Below the pieces are notes generated by a model. The model did no database searches, was not told the DNA's origin, and saw only the letters and a list, made by a program, of their open reading frames with translations. Positions 27,667-39,000 of a stretch of 64,000 nt of DNA are shown here, piece after piece. The stretch covers positions 29,678 to 93,677 of IMG/VR virus record IMGVR_UViG_3300010885_020237; one strand, written 5' to 3'. A program made the translations under genes and the position numbers. This DNA is from a virus. The stretch's first letter is position 1, and each line of letters starts with the position of its first letter.

Positions 27667-28245
27667 CTAGTTTATTTGTGTTTTTAATAATTTCGTTACG
27701 TAAGCTTTAGATTTATTTAAATATTTTGCTAAAGCCGTCTGTGATTCAAATTCAATTTTGTCGTATACAACCTTTAATCTTTTTGGACTAGCTTTATCTT
27801 TCCAATATCCTGGTTTTCCATAAAGAGGATTTAATTCTCCAACTCTACCAAAACAAGGATTTTTTTCTCCTTTAGAAGCCAAACTCTTTTTTCTTTTTGA
27901 CTCTTCAGTGTGAATTTGATTTTTAGCGGCTAATCTACATTTGTCTTTAGTTTCTTTTGTGTGTCTAAATCCAACTGTTCCTTCTCCACCATCAGTCAAA
28001 TTAACCAATGTTCCAAGTCGTAAATCTCGTCTACCGTAAAGAGCTATAAATTCTTTTTCTTTTTCTTTTGCTTGTTCCCAAGTTAAGTCTTCAAATAGAA
28101 TTTCAATTTCGTAACCTTTTGCGGCGATATTCTTCCAGATTCTAGTTCGATTTGTTTTATGATATGCTCTAGATTCGCTTTCTCCTATTCCTATATAAAA
28201 AACCTCTTGTTTGTCCGTTCTTATGTGTCTGTATAATATTGCCAA
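27667..28245 (-). CDS. GIY-YIG-like homing endonuclease (homologue of 13248..13808)
   Basis: ILYRHIR...FYIGIG...RA...LVNLTDGGEG, HTKETKDK and HTEESKRK repeats; TTG start. Confidence 0.83.
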   Translation of the reverse strand: MAILYRHIRTDKQEVFYIGIGESESRAYHKTNRTRIWKNIAAKGYEIEILFEDLTWEQAKEKEKEFIALYGRRDLRLGTLVNLTDGGEGTVGFRHTKETKDKCRLAAKNQIHTEESKRKKSLASKGEKNPCFGRVGELNPLYGKPGYWKDKASPKRLKVVYDKIEFESQTALAKYLNKSKAYVTKLLKTQIN

Positions 28246-28273
28246 AATGTTCTCTTATAAATATGGCTTTCAC

Positions 28274-28828
28274 CTATTTTTTCTTTGCTGCGTCTGCTTT
28301 TTTCTTATCATCAGCTTTTTTAGCTTCCACTTCTTTTTTCTTCTTATCTTCTGCGGCTTTTTTCTTTTTTTCTTCTGCAGCTTTTTTAGGATCTACTTTT
28401 ACTTTGCTTTCATTTTGAAAGCCTTTTGCTTGATCAGCTGCTCCAGATACACCTTTACCTACAGTATTGTAAGCTTCGATGAATCCTTTCATACCTTTAA
28501 GATTATTGTCTTTCATGTATTTAAACATGTTTTTTACAATACCAACGCTTAGTCCTAAGAAACCTGCTAATGGTATAGCAAACGGTATAAGATCCATCAA
28601 ACTGGTTTCTTCCATTTTCTCTTTCTTTTCGCCTGTTTTAGCTTTTGCAGCTCTAGCTTTTGCGATCATTGCGTTAGTCTTGTCATTATGTTCTTTCTCT
28701 TGTTTCTGTATAGAAGCTTTCACTTTTTCAGGGGTTGCTTTATCAGTAGCTTCTAGTAATGCTTTCTTAAGAGCAGATTCGTATAATGCCTTGGGAACTT
28801 TTATTCTAATTAATGTGTTATCTTTCAT
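28274..28828 (-). CDS. Lys/Ala-rich hypothetical protein with a hydrophobic segment
   Basis: Hydrophobic LIPFAIPLAGFLGLSVGIV; C-terminal KKAAEEKKKKAAEDKKKK repeats. Confidence 0.7.
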   Translation of the reverse strand: MKDNTLIRIKVPKALYESALKKALLEATDKATPEKVKASIQKQEKEHNDKTNAMIAKARAAKAKTGEKKEKMEETSLMDLIPFAIPLAGFLGLSVGIVKNMFKYMKDNNLKGMKGFIEAYNTVGKGVSGAADQAKGFQNESKVKVDPKKAAEEKKKKAAEDKKKKEVEAKKADDKKKADAAKKK

Positions 28829-28851
28829 TTATAGTTTATTTATGGTGGTTA

Positions 28852-30888
28852 TTATTGAGCAAAAGTTGCTCCAGTTGGCATTATGTTGAAATCTAATTGG
28901 ATAAATTCTGCTACTCTTGTAGGCTGTAAGTAAATACTTCCAACTAAGATATTTCTATCTATTGTATCAGGAGTGTTGTTAGATTCATCCATGATAACTT
29001 GGAAAGCATAAAGACCTTGTCTTTGTTGAACTGATTCTAAGTAAGGATTAACTTGAGTTAAGAATTTATTTCTTGTTACTTGAGTATTAGGTTCGAATAC
29101 TAGAGTCTGTCCAATTTGACCAATGTATCTCTTAAGGGAGATTAATAGTCTTCTAACGTTTACTCTGTCTAGAGCTGATGGTTTAGCTTGTAAGGTTTTT
29201 TGACCGTAGATTACTGTACCAACTCCAGCGAATGTAGCAATTGGGTTAACTTTTGCTGCGTATAAAGTATTTCTATCATTGATAGATAATCTTCTTTCTG
29301 GTTGTAATACTGTAGAAAGACCTCCTCTATTTAAACCTGCTGGTGCAAACCATTCTGCAGATACTTTATCATTGTATTCGTATACTGATGGAACGATAGT
29401 TGAAGCTGGAATAAAATTCATTCTGCCAGTTTCGCTAGATCTTATTTGAATCCAAGGCCAATAAGTGGCTCCATAAGAGTTATCAAATGAAATCGCTGCG
29501 TCAGTAACTGTTCCGATATTATTTTGATATCCAACTAAATCTATTACTGCGATATTATCACCTCTAGTTGAAGCTAATTGCAATAAGTTGTTTACTTGCG
29601 AATTTGCGTTTTTACTAGTCAATCCTGGAGCATATACTACATTAAAGTCGTATTGATCTTTATTACCTAAAATGCTAATTGCAGTATTGTAATCAGGTCC
29701 GTAAATTCCTTGAATGTTAGTTGTTGGAGTTGCGTACGCAGATGTTGTATTTGGAATATTCTCAAACATGTTTAAAGAAGCTGAATTGAACGATCCATAG
29801 AATTGTCCAGTTGCTCCGCTAAATCCACCATTTAATGAACCAGATCCAACTAAAGGCATAGAGCCAGTAAATTGGGTTTGAGGTGTACCAGTTTGTGAGA
29901 AATAGTTAGGAGTTGGTAAAAATACATTGCTAACGTATACGTAATTTGATTTATTCGTATAGCTACCAGTATTTTGTATATAGTATGTTCCTGAAGTTGA
30001 ATCATATCCTACATTTTGGAATTGATCTCCAATAACATAAGATATATAATTATTTTGATTTGGATCCAAAGACAAGTTAGTCCATGATTCTAATATAGTT
30101 TTGCTATTTTCATAGTCATCTCCTCTTCTAATATTCAATGAGAATAAACCAGATCCAGAAGCAGAAGATACAATTTCGTATCTAACATTTGCTGAAGATC
30201 CTGAAGGTAACGCGCCTGATACAGTTGATCCAGTTGCATTATTCATTACTGTACCTACAGATAAAGTAGATAGTGAAAATGCTTGTGAATTTGTACCATT
30301 ACCATAGAATACAGTAGTAGATCCTGATGTGTAATAATAAGAGTTTCCAGTAACACCAATTGTTTTAGCAGTAACTACTAATGAAGGTGTAGCAAATGAT
30401 GCAGTACTATTTATAATAGTGTTAGCATTTATAGATGCTGTTGCATTATTATAAACGTCTTGTGCTGAAGATCCAGAGATAAGTACATTCACTCCATTAA
30501 AGCTAGCAGAATAAGCAGTTGTAACTGCACTGGTTAGATTTAAGGACGCAGATGCGTAAGTTAATCCAATATTACTTAATACACTAGCATTTGCTACTGT
30601 ATAAGATCCAGAAGCTACTCTTGTAATCAATAAAGATTGACCTCCTTGATTAAAATAGTTGAATGCTGCGATACTAGTTAAATACTCTTGAGTAATACCT
30701 CCAGAAACGAAGGTAGCACCAAATGTGGCTTTGTATTCAGAGTAAGAAGTAACTACGGTTGGTATATTAACTGGTCCTATTACGGTTGGTCCTAATAAAG
30801 CTGCTCCTGCAGCAATTGGTCCTTGTGTTATTTGACTCTTGTCGTTCTCTGTTAGGAAAACGCCGGGACTAATGATTGTTTCGGCCAT
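28852..30888 (-). CDS. Contractile tail sheath protein
   Basis: ISPGVF..E.D.S, GPVNIPT, YWPW, WFAPAGLNRG, VNPI, GQKTLQ...ALDRVNVRRLL, FEPN, PTRVAEFI. Confidence 0.95.
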   Translation of the reverse strand: MAETIISPGVFLTENDKSQITQGPIAAGAALLGPTVIGPVNIPTVVTSYSEYKATFGATFVSGGITQEYLTSIAAFNYFNQGGQSLLITRVASGSYTVANASVLSNIGLTYASASLNLTSAVTTAYSASFNGVNVLISGSSAQDVYNNATASINANTIINSTASFATPSLVVTAKTIGVTGNSYYYTSGSTTVFYGNGTNSQAFSLSTLSVGTVMNNATGSTVSGALPSGSSANVRYEIVSSASGSGLFSLNIRRGDDYENSKTILESWTNLSLDPNQNNYISYVIGDQFQNVGYDSTSGTYYIQNTGSYTNKSNYVYVSNVFLPTPNYFSQTGTPQTQFTGSMPLVGSGSLNGGFSGATGQFYGSFNSASLNMFENIPNTTSAYATPTTNIQGIYGPDYNTAISILGNKDQYDFNVVYAPGLTSKNANSQVNNLLQLASTRGDNIAVIDLVGYQNNIGTVTDAAISFDNSYGATYWPWIQIRSSETGRMNFIPASTIVPSVYEYNDKVSAEWFAPAGLNRGGLSTVLQPERRLSINDRNTLYAAKVNPIATFAGVGTVIYGQKTLQAKPSALDRVNVRRLLISLKRYIGQIGQTLVFEPNTQVTRNKFLTQVNPYLESVQQRQGLYAFQVIMDESNNTPDTIDRNILVGSIYLQPTRVAEFIQLDFNIMPTGATFAQ

Positions 30889-30910
30889 TTATGATGTTTT
30901 TTATCTGCTA

Positions 30911-30918
30911 ATAAATAT
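30911..30918 (-). promoter_or_regulatory. Representative ATATTTAT box (putative phage late promoter), upstream of the sheath gene
   Basis: The same 8-mer lies upstream of about 15 gene starts in the window (see findings). Confidence 0.65.
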
Positions 30919-30939
30919 AGTGCAGTTGGTCAAAACGAT

Positions 30940-31179
30940 TTATTGAAATTCTCCGGTAGTAATATTTATTGAAACGTTACCGTATTTTTCTCTAAGATCA
31001 TTAAATAGAGATTGCTCTCTTAATTTAATCTCTCGTATTTTTGTGGTTTGATCCTCTATTTGAATCTGTAAAACTGTTTTTTGATAGTTTAATTCTCCTA
31101 GTGAGGAAGCGATTTCTAAAGCGTCCTGCTTTATTAGTTCAAGACGCTTTAGTTCATCATCAGTTATTTTTGTAGACAT
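30940..31179 (-). CDS. Small coiled-coil hypothetical protein
   Basis: 79 aa ending KYGNVSINITTGEF. Confidence 0.75.
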   Translation of the reverse strand: MSTKITDDELKRLELIKQDALEIASSLGELNYQKTVLQIQIEDQTTKIREIKLREQSLFNDLREKYGNVSINITTGEFQ

Positions 31180-31206
31180 CTATTTATATTATTTTTATTG
31201 CTAGAA

Positions 31207-31644
31207 TTATTCGCCTACAGTAATTAACTTGAAAAAGATATTGTAATTATTATCTGTTTCTACATTATCAAAATCTTGTAATTTAAAACTTTTATATTCT
31301 AAATCACGATCTTCGCTTAATAATAGATTAAAATCGTTTTGAAATTTGGTAAACTCTGGGTTTGCCTCATTAACATTGTCTTTTACGTACATTGGAATGC
31401 TAACGTTACCTTCTTCATCGGTTGTGCCGTACTTTTTGATTAACTCCTCTTTAAGTTTTTCGATTGACTCTTTTTCAGCAGATACTTTCTTAAGCAAGTC
31501 GTTTAACCAATATTTTGTGGTTAATTTAATTTTCTCATTTAATAACCCTTTAGCTAGTACTTCACCTGTTTTAAGGTTAGTAACGCCATTTAATTCAGCT
31601 TCTAACTGATAGAACTCATGTAACTTTAATGAAATTTTCTTCAT
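31207..31644 (-). CDS. Hypothetical protein
   Basis: Likely start MKKISLK at 31644, which avoids overlap with the upstream gene. Confidence 0.7.
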   Translation of the reverse strand: MKKISLKLHEFYQLEAELNGVTNLKTGEVLAKGLLNEKIKLTTKYWLNDLLKKVSAEKESIEKLKEELIKKYGTTDEEGNVSIPMYVKDNVNEANPEFTKFQNDFNLLLSEDRDLEYKSFKLQDFDNVETDNNYNIFFKLITVGE

Positions 31645-31648
31645 ATTT

Positions 31649-31930
31649 TTATTTTGTTTTTTTAGCTGCAGTTTTTGCAACTGGTTTTTTAGCTTCTAGA
31701 GCTTTTACAGCGGTAACTTTAGTTTTTACTTGATCAGTTGTTTGCTTGATTTCAGAAACTATTTCATTTTTAGGGGCTAATTCAGCAGCTTTTTCAACTA
31801 CTTGTTTAACCTCTTCAATTGCAGGTGAGATCGCATTTTCAACTTGTTCAGCAAATTTGCTAATTTTTGACTTGTTTAATAGTACAGCAACTATTACTGT
31901 TGCTACTAAAATTGTGATTACGAATACCAT
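31649..31930 (-). CDS. Small protein with N-terminal membrane anchor and basic tail
   Basis: MVFVITILVATVIVAVLL; C-terminal KKPVAKTAAKKTK. Confidence 0.7.
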   Translation of the reverse strand: MVFVITILVATVIVAVLLNKSKISKFAEQVENAISPAIEEVKQVVEKAAELAPKNEIVSEIKQTTDQVKTKVTAVKALEAKKPVAKTAAKKTK

Positions 31931-31973
31931 TTTTGTTTTTTTGTTTTATATAAATATTAAAAGCCAATTAATT

Positions 31974-32270
31974 TTATTTTGATAGCTGTAAATTCCAAGC
32001 ATTACAAACGTAAACTACTACTTTATCAGCTAAAGAACCGCTACCAGGTAATGTTGATCCAGTTACATTAAAGTTATCATAAAATACATCTCCTGCCATT
32101 GGAGCTGGTGGCATTGAACCTGTTGGGATATAGCTTAATCTAGCGTTAATGCTAACTATATCTGAGAATACTTGCTGGGTAGCGTCGATATATACGCTAT
32201 TTGCTGTTTTAGTTAAAACAGATTTGTCTGCAATTTGAAATTGATTGTTTGTTGATCCTAAAAGTGCCAT
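31974..32270 (-). CDS. Hypothetical protein, probably structural
   Basis: 98 aa, own ATATTTAT box, contains TGS/SGS motifs. Confidence 0.7.
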   Translation of the reverse strand: MALLGSTNNQFQIADKSVLTKTANSVYIDATQQVFSDIVSINARLSYIPTGSMPPAPMAGDVFYDNFNVTGSTLPGSGSLADKVVVYVCNAWNLQLSK

Positions 32271-32362
32271 AATTTTTGTTTTTATTTGTTTGATATATAT
32301 AAATATATGAAAAAAGATTTGAGAATAAAAATTTATTTTATTTGTGACTCAAATTATTTATT

Positions 32363-33058
32363 TTAATATCCGCAATATGAATTTTGTGTATCATCTGTTA
32401 TATATCCATAACTTGGTCCAGATGTTCCATACGATATTTCAAAATAACCTCCAGTCAGGGAATCACGACTCCAAGCACTTGTTATAGGTACGCCTGATCT
32501 AATTACTACATTATAAGCGGTTACTCCTGCACAATCTATCCAGAAATTAGCCACATAATAATAATATGTTATTGCGCAAGATTGAATTTGAGCAATTATA
32601 TTACTAGAAGAGCTTGTCATTAGAATAGCTTCATCTGTAGAAGAATTCCATATCCATAATCCAGAGAAATCACTAAATGTAGCAGGATAATATACTCCAC
32701 CGCTTAAATAATAAAGAGAACTTCCTACAGATAATGTTGAAGAAGATGAATAAAATGTTGATGAAGTTCCAGTAATATGGGCGCAAGCTTCATTTTGTGT
32801 AGCATAACCTTGTCTATTAAACTTCGGAGATATATAATAAATAGTAAAAGAATACAATGAAGTACACGCATGGCAATATGAATACCAACTAGCTAATGAT
32901 ACTGTTCCTGTAGATGGAGGTAGTGTTGGTGAATACGGATTTAAAGCCACATATCCTCCAGATCTAGCGATGTCCATATCAAAAGGAGCTTGAGTTGATA
33001 TACCCAATTCGATCCTTATATCATTCATACTTATTGTTCCACTAGCAGGTAAAGCCAT
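32363..33058 (-). CDS. Tail-fibre-associated protein
   Basis: MALPASGTISMNDIRIELG N-terminus of the kind found after S74-chaperone fibres; its start overlaps the fibre's stop codon by 1 nt. Confidence 0.7.
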   Translation of the reverse strand: MALPASGTISMNDIRIELGISTQAPFDMDIARSGGYVALNPYSPTLPPSTGTVSLASWYSYCHACTSLYSFTIYYISPKFNRQGYATQNEACAHITGTSSTFYSSSSTLSVGSSLYYLSGGVYYPATFSDFSGLWIWNSSTDEAILMTSSSSNIIAQIQSCAITYYYYVANFWIDCAGVTAYNVVIRSGVPITSAWSRDSLTGGYFEISYGTSGPSYGYITDDTQNSYCGY

Positions 33059-36000
33059 TACTTACTATTTATTAGATTTTTTAATTCTTCTATTTGGGAT
33101 TGTTGTTCTTTAATAGCTTCAATTAATAATCCGACTATATTTCCATACGCTACTGAGTATATGCCTTTATGATCTAAGCTAACTGCTTCAGGCAATACCT
33201 CTAGTAATTCTTGAGCAATAATTCCTGTATGTCTTTTATTTTTAAATTCTTCTTTTGCATCATTTCTTGTAAAAGTAACACCTCTTATAGCTTGTACTTT
33301 TTCTATAGCGTTAGGAATTAATTCTACATTATCCTTTAATCTTGCATCAGAATACGCTGTTACGTTTCCTCCTGCATAAAAATTACCGCCAATATTTAAA
33401 CTATCATAATAGGGATTAACATAAATTTCAGCTGTTCCAAAAACACCATTTCCACTACCCCATAATACTTGGTAATTACTATTACTATTATTATTATAGT
33501 TTATAGTTACATTACCTGCTGTTAAAGATGATGCTGTTCCAGTTAAACCTGCCCCTGATCCATTGAATTGACCTGATATCCAAATATTAGTAGATATAGC
33601 TGCCATTGTTACACCATTCTGCATGACTAACAATCCATGGCTACTTAAATTTGCTGCTTGACCACCTGCGGCAGGATAAGACCATGATAGTCCATATAAA
33701 TTGCCAGGAGTTGTACCATCCGCAGATAACCTATAAGCATCACCCATTGTAAATATTCCTTGAAATCTATATGCACTATATAAACCTACTAGTCCATAAC
33801 CATAGTTGGCATTTGTAAAAACATCAGAGCCTGATGCTAGATAAGTAGCTGAATAAACAGCTCCTCCAAAATAATTATATCCTGCTAAACTTTTAATACC
33901 TTTACCACCACCAACATGTAGAGAATAGCTAGAGTCTGTAACTGAACTATTGATACCCATACAAGCATTCCCTCTATTATAAAAAGTCCACCAAGTCCCT
34001 GATGGTTCATAGTAAATACCGCCATTCCCACTACTATCATACATCACAGGATTTACTTGGCTATATGCATCATAAAATCCACTATAACTATTTTTACTAT
34101 TAACAATTTTCCATTGAGTATAAGTTGAACTACCATTCCCTGTCCATCCTGCTGAATAAACAGAGTCATAAAATGTTGTAGCAACTACATAACTTCCAAA
34201 TGAACCTATTCCTGCAATTGTTTGATTACCTGACATATCTAATTGCCATCTATTAGCTGCAGCACTCCATCCTCCAATTCTTAATACATTATCAGCATCA
34301 AGACCAAAGTTTACTGCGTAATTACCTGCTCTATGAAAAGACATAAATGCAGAATTACCACCTGTTGCATAAACCTGAAGTCTTGCACTATCTAGAACTC
34401 CTGAATATGCGCCTTGATTAGTTTGATAATAAAATACATTAGTAAGTGTTGCCCCTCCTATAGGTACAGCATATGAGCTATAGTTAATTTCATCTAGCAT
34501 TATCTTCCAAGCAGTAAATGTATCTGTTTCATATATTCCTGTTCTAAATCTTAATGAAGTACCTCCATAATTTGGACTATATGGAGTATACAATTGAAGC
34601 GTTCCACCACCACCGCCTGAATAAGATTTCATGTTCATTACTGAACCATAACTAGGAAATCCTTCTGCTGCTGATACAAAACTATTTTGAATGCCATTCT
34701 GATAACTAGATGGTGCACTGGAATTACTCCAAACATAAGCTCCTAAAGCAGCTAACAGTGTAGTTGAAGTAGATGTAGTGGCATTACCACTTAATGCTCC
34801 TACAAATGTTACTGCATATACATTTCCTGCTCCTGTTCCGGGAACTGAACCTATTGTTAAATTGCCTGCATTTACAATTAATTTATTCGCATATACAGAA
34901 CCTCCATAAGTAGTTGCTTGTTGTAATCCCCAATCACCATAATTATAGCTATCACTAACCATTTTCCATGCTCTTGAATTACCATTCCCGTCAACCCACA
35001 TTATAAAACCACCACCATTTACGGCATTTGCAGTTTGAACAGATGAAGAAAATGTAGCTGCTCCTGTGGATTGATTTAAAGTTAATGCATCTATACCAAC
35101 TTCACTGTATATTATATAGTTATTAGAACTAAGATTTTCTCTCATTCCTACAAACCACTTAGCTGAGCCAGCCGTTTGATGAGATATACCATTATAATTT
35201 GTAACTGCAGCTCTATTTAAAATTAATCCATAACCGTTTGTAATATTAGATGTAATTGTACCTCCAATAGTTACATTACCACTAAAATATCCTGTTCCAC
35301 TTACACCCAAATTATACCCTAAACTTGTTGTTGCATTATTAATAGTAACCTGTCCACTACTGTTAGCAGTTATTGTCCAGGCAGCACTTGCAGCAACATA
35401 AATACCCATCATACTAGTACTAACAGCACCTATAAAGCCACCTTGTGTACTTGAACCAGCATAAGAACACCAAATACCAGGGGAGCCTGTGTTTATATAT
35501 GGATATGTTGTTCCGTCACCTATTGCTATTCTATTTAAAAATGAAACTGAAGCTGCTGTACTAGCGCCTCTGCCTGTTACAGTAGCTAATGTTTCACTTC
35601 CTGCTGTACCTGTAATATTAATTCCCCAAGTACCAGATGCCCCAGTGCCTGTTAGTGTTGGGGAGTAAGAGTTATAATTTGCGCTATGGAGAATTGTTCT
35701 CCAAGCATACCAACTACCATTATAACCTGCTCTCCATTGTAATGTTGTACTACTATAATAGTCTCCTTGTATTTGCCACATTGTATCACCACCGCCTAAA
35801 TGTAATACAGGAGCATAATTTAAATTACCACCAGCACCATTTTCATTTCTATATACAGCCGAACTTCCATTACTTACATTTACTGATCCATTACCTAAAC
35901 TTGTAAGTGTAATATTGCTTGCATTAGTTGCATTAGTTGCAGTAGCTGCATTACCTAATGTATTAAATGTTTGACCACTTATAAAACCTGCTATTGCTGC

Positions 36001-39000
36001 AGCTCCGAAAGTATAGGCATATCCATTACTATAAACACCAAGTAATGATGTTACTGTTGCTTGAGCACCTGTTGCAACATACATTGTGCCTAAACTAAAA
36101 GCTGTACCAAAAGTATAACCTGAAAGAGGTACAGCATATGAGGTATAGTTACCGGAGTGCAACATTTGATACCAAGTTGCATTCCAAGAACTATTAATAC
36201 CATTTCTTATTGCTAACCCCGGCAAACCTGATGCATTTACACCGCTATAATTACAAAAAGCTAATTGATAAGATGAATCGCCTGTACTTACAGATGTTCC
36301 ATCCCAGGGGGTATAGGTCATTACACCAACATAATTACCAGTTGCTCCTGTTATATATCCAGCTCCTGCAAAATCGAATCTTACTGTTCTTGGATTAGTA
36401 TTAGGTAATGATGTTGTAGATGGATTTCTTCCTCCATCCGGAGAATATATATAAGTTGCTGTTGTAGCGGTTGCAGCATTACCACTTATACTTATTCCCC
36501 ATGTACCACTATTGTAAACATATTGTGTGCCCGCTCCTATAGTGCTTCCTTTCCAAAAATTACCAGCAGAATCTACTGAAGCCGCTACGCCACTTGCTCC
36601 TGTTCCAAATACAATTCCAGCAGTACCACCATAGAAGTTTAAATATAATCCTCTAGCATCACCTGAGTCTAAATGCAGATTTCCATTTGTTGTAACTACA
36701 GAAGCGTAAAGATTTCCTGACACAGTTCTTCCATTACCACCAACTCTTAAATAAGATGACCATGTTGAATTTGGACCATATGTAACAAATGTGTCACCGG
36801 TTGATATTACATTACCCGTAAGAGTACCACCTGCTAAGGGTAAATAAGCGGTAGAAGTGTATGCATTAGAACCTAATCCTAAAAATGTTTGTACTTTAGC
36901 GGCCGTTGCAGAACGGTGATAATTATCACCAAACTTAGCCATAATATAAGTTATAGTTCCTTCACTTACATCATCAGATGTATTAACGTAACTATATAAT
37001 CCATAATTTCCAGTTATATGGCCACTAGCGTCTCTATAGACAATAGTATTAGCTGTAGCTGCTGTAGTAGGATTATTAAATCCTGATATAGAAGCAGCTG
37101 TACCTGTTACATTTATTCCCCAATTTCCACTAGCTCCACCACCTGTAAGAGTAGGAGAGTAAGATGTATAATTATTACTTGTTAATGGAGTATATCCTTG
37201 TGTATTGGTATTATCTCTATCATCAACATCATAAACAGTAGCAGATGAAAGATACCATGTGAGTGGTGAGCCAGAGCTAGGTGCAGGAGAACCAGATATA
37301 TAAAAGAACATCGTTGATGAAAATGTACCACTATCTCCGCACCTTACAACATAAACATAATCTTCATATTTACCGGTTCCAACATTATCAGTTACCCAAT
37401 AATTATTACCACCTGTGCCTGTTGAATTACTAGCCCAGTTAATTGTATATCCTGATGGTAATTTAGCTCTAAATACACATGCAAATGTTGCATTAGATCT
37501 AGTTTGTGTAGCAAAGTAAAATCCACCATAGCCTGGGTTTTGACCAGATCCTGTGTGTTGTATTTGCGCTTGATATCCGCTTGTTGATACTGCATAAGGA
37601 GCTGAAACTCTAGTTATTGTAACTGTGCCTGTACCATTATTATCGTAAACATTTAAACTATTTGTACCATAATTAAATGTTTCATCCAAATATATTTTTC
37701 TGCCTAATGAATATATTCTAGCAGCCATTCTATTTTGACCACTAGTACTTGTTCCATTTCCGGTAGTCCAGTTTAATAATCCAGCATTATAGCCACTCCA
37801 ATTAGTTGATGTAGTTGCTAATGTAGCAGTAGCCGCATTACCACTTATATTTGTTTGATCTCCTGTATTTGTTCCTGATGATGTTCCACTAAAATTGGAT
37901 GCTGATATTGTTGAACTAAATGTTGCTGCTCCTGTTACTGCCAATGTATATCCCATTGAAACAGCTCCTGTTGCTATATCATATATAAATGGCGGCGTAG
38001 TTCCACCATTATTTGTAAATCTTAATGCTGCGCCTGTATTATATAAAATCCCTGTTGCTCCACCAGTTGCAGCAAAATATAAAATTGGTACTGATTTTGA
38101 TATTGTAAGATCTCCTGTAAGAGTACCACCTGCTAATGGTAAGTAAGAACCACCTGTTGCAGGTGCATAATTAGATGTAGGAGTTGTTCCTCCACCTGCT
38201 AATAAGAAATAACTATCACTATATCCTGTTTTGATAAATCCACTGCCTGCCGTTATACTACTAGAAAATGTAGCTGCTCCTGTGGATGCTATTCTAAATT
38301 TAGGGGATGTACCATTATTATTTTGACTAATTGAAAAATCTTGTATAGTATCACCTGATATACCTGATGTTAAAAACCATTTTGTAGCACCAGTATATCC
38401 TTGTAATCCAACAGAAGCATATCCATTTGTAGCATGATAAATATCAAGCATAGCTCCAGGAGATGTAGTACCTATACCTACATTGCCCGATGTAGTAGCC
38501 ATAGTAACTGCGCCGCTTATTTTACTTGTTCCCGTTACATTCAACGCCGTGCTTCCGTCATCAGTTGCACCGTTAACGTTAAGGCGGGATGTAGTGGTTA
38601 TAACTCCCGAAAAATCAGCAGCACCCGCAAATATTTTTCCTGTCCCAACTCCTGGTATTGCACCAAAAGTCACAAATTCACCTCTTGGATTAATTAATAA
38701 ATAATACGGGGTTAGACTGCCTAGAACATAACCTTCAATTGCGGGATAACCATTTGGGCTAGAGCCTATTCTTGTCCCTATTCCATCGGGTGTATTTTCA
38801 GCAGTAACGCCATATTGTTTTGTTATTGCCCATCTAAAATTTCCACCTTTTGCTTCAATAATAGTGCTAAAATAACCCGCCCCCGCAACATTCAAAGCAT
38901 AACTAGCATCATCGGTTGCACCGTTTACGTTAACTCTGCTAGAGAATGTAGCTACTCCTGATGGAGCAAAATATAAAGCATCTGTAGCTGCAGAAGTAGT

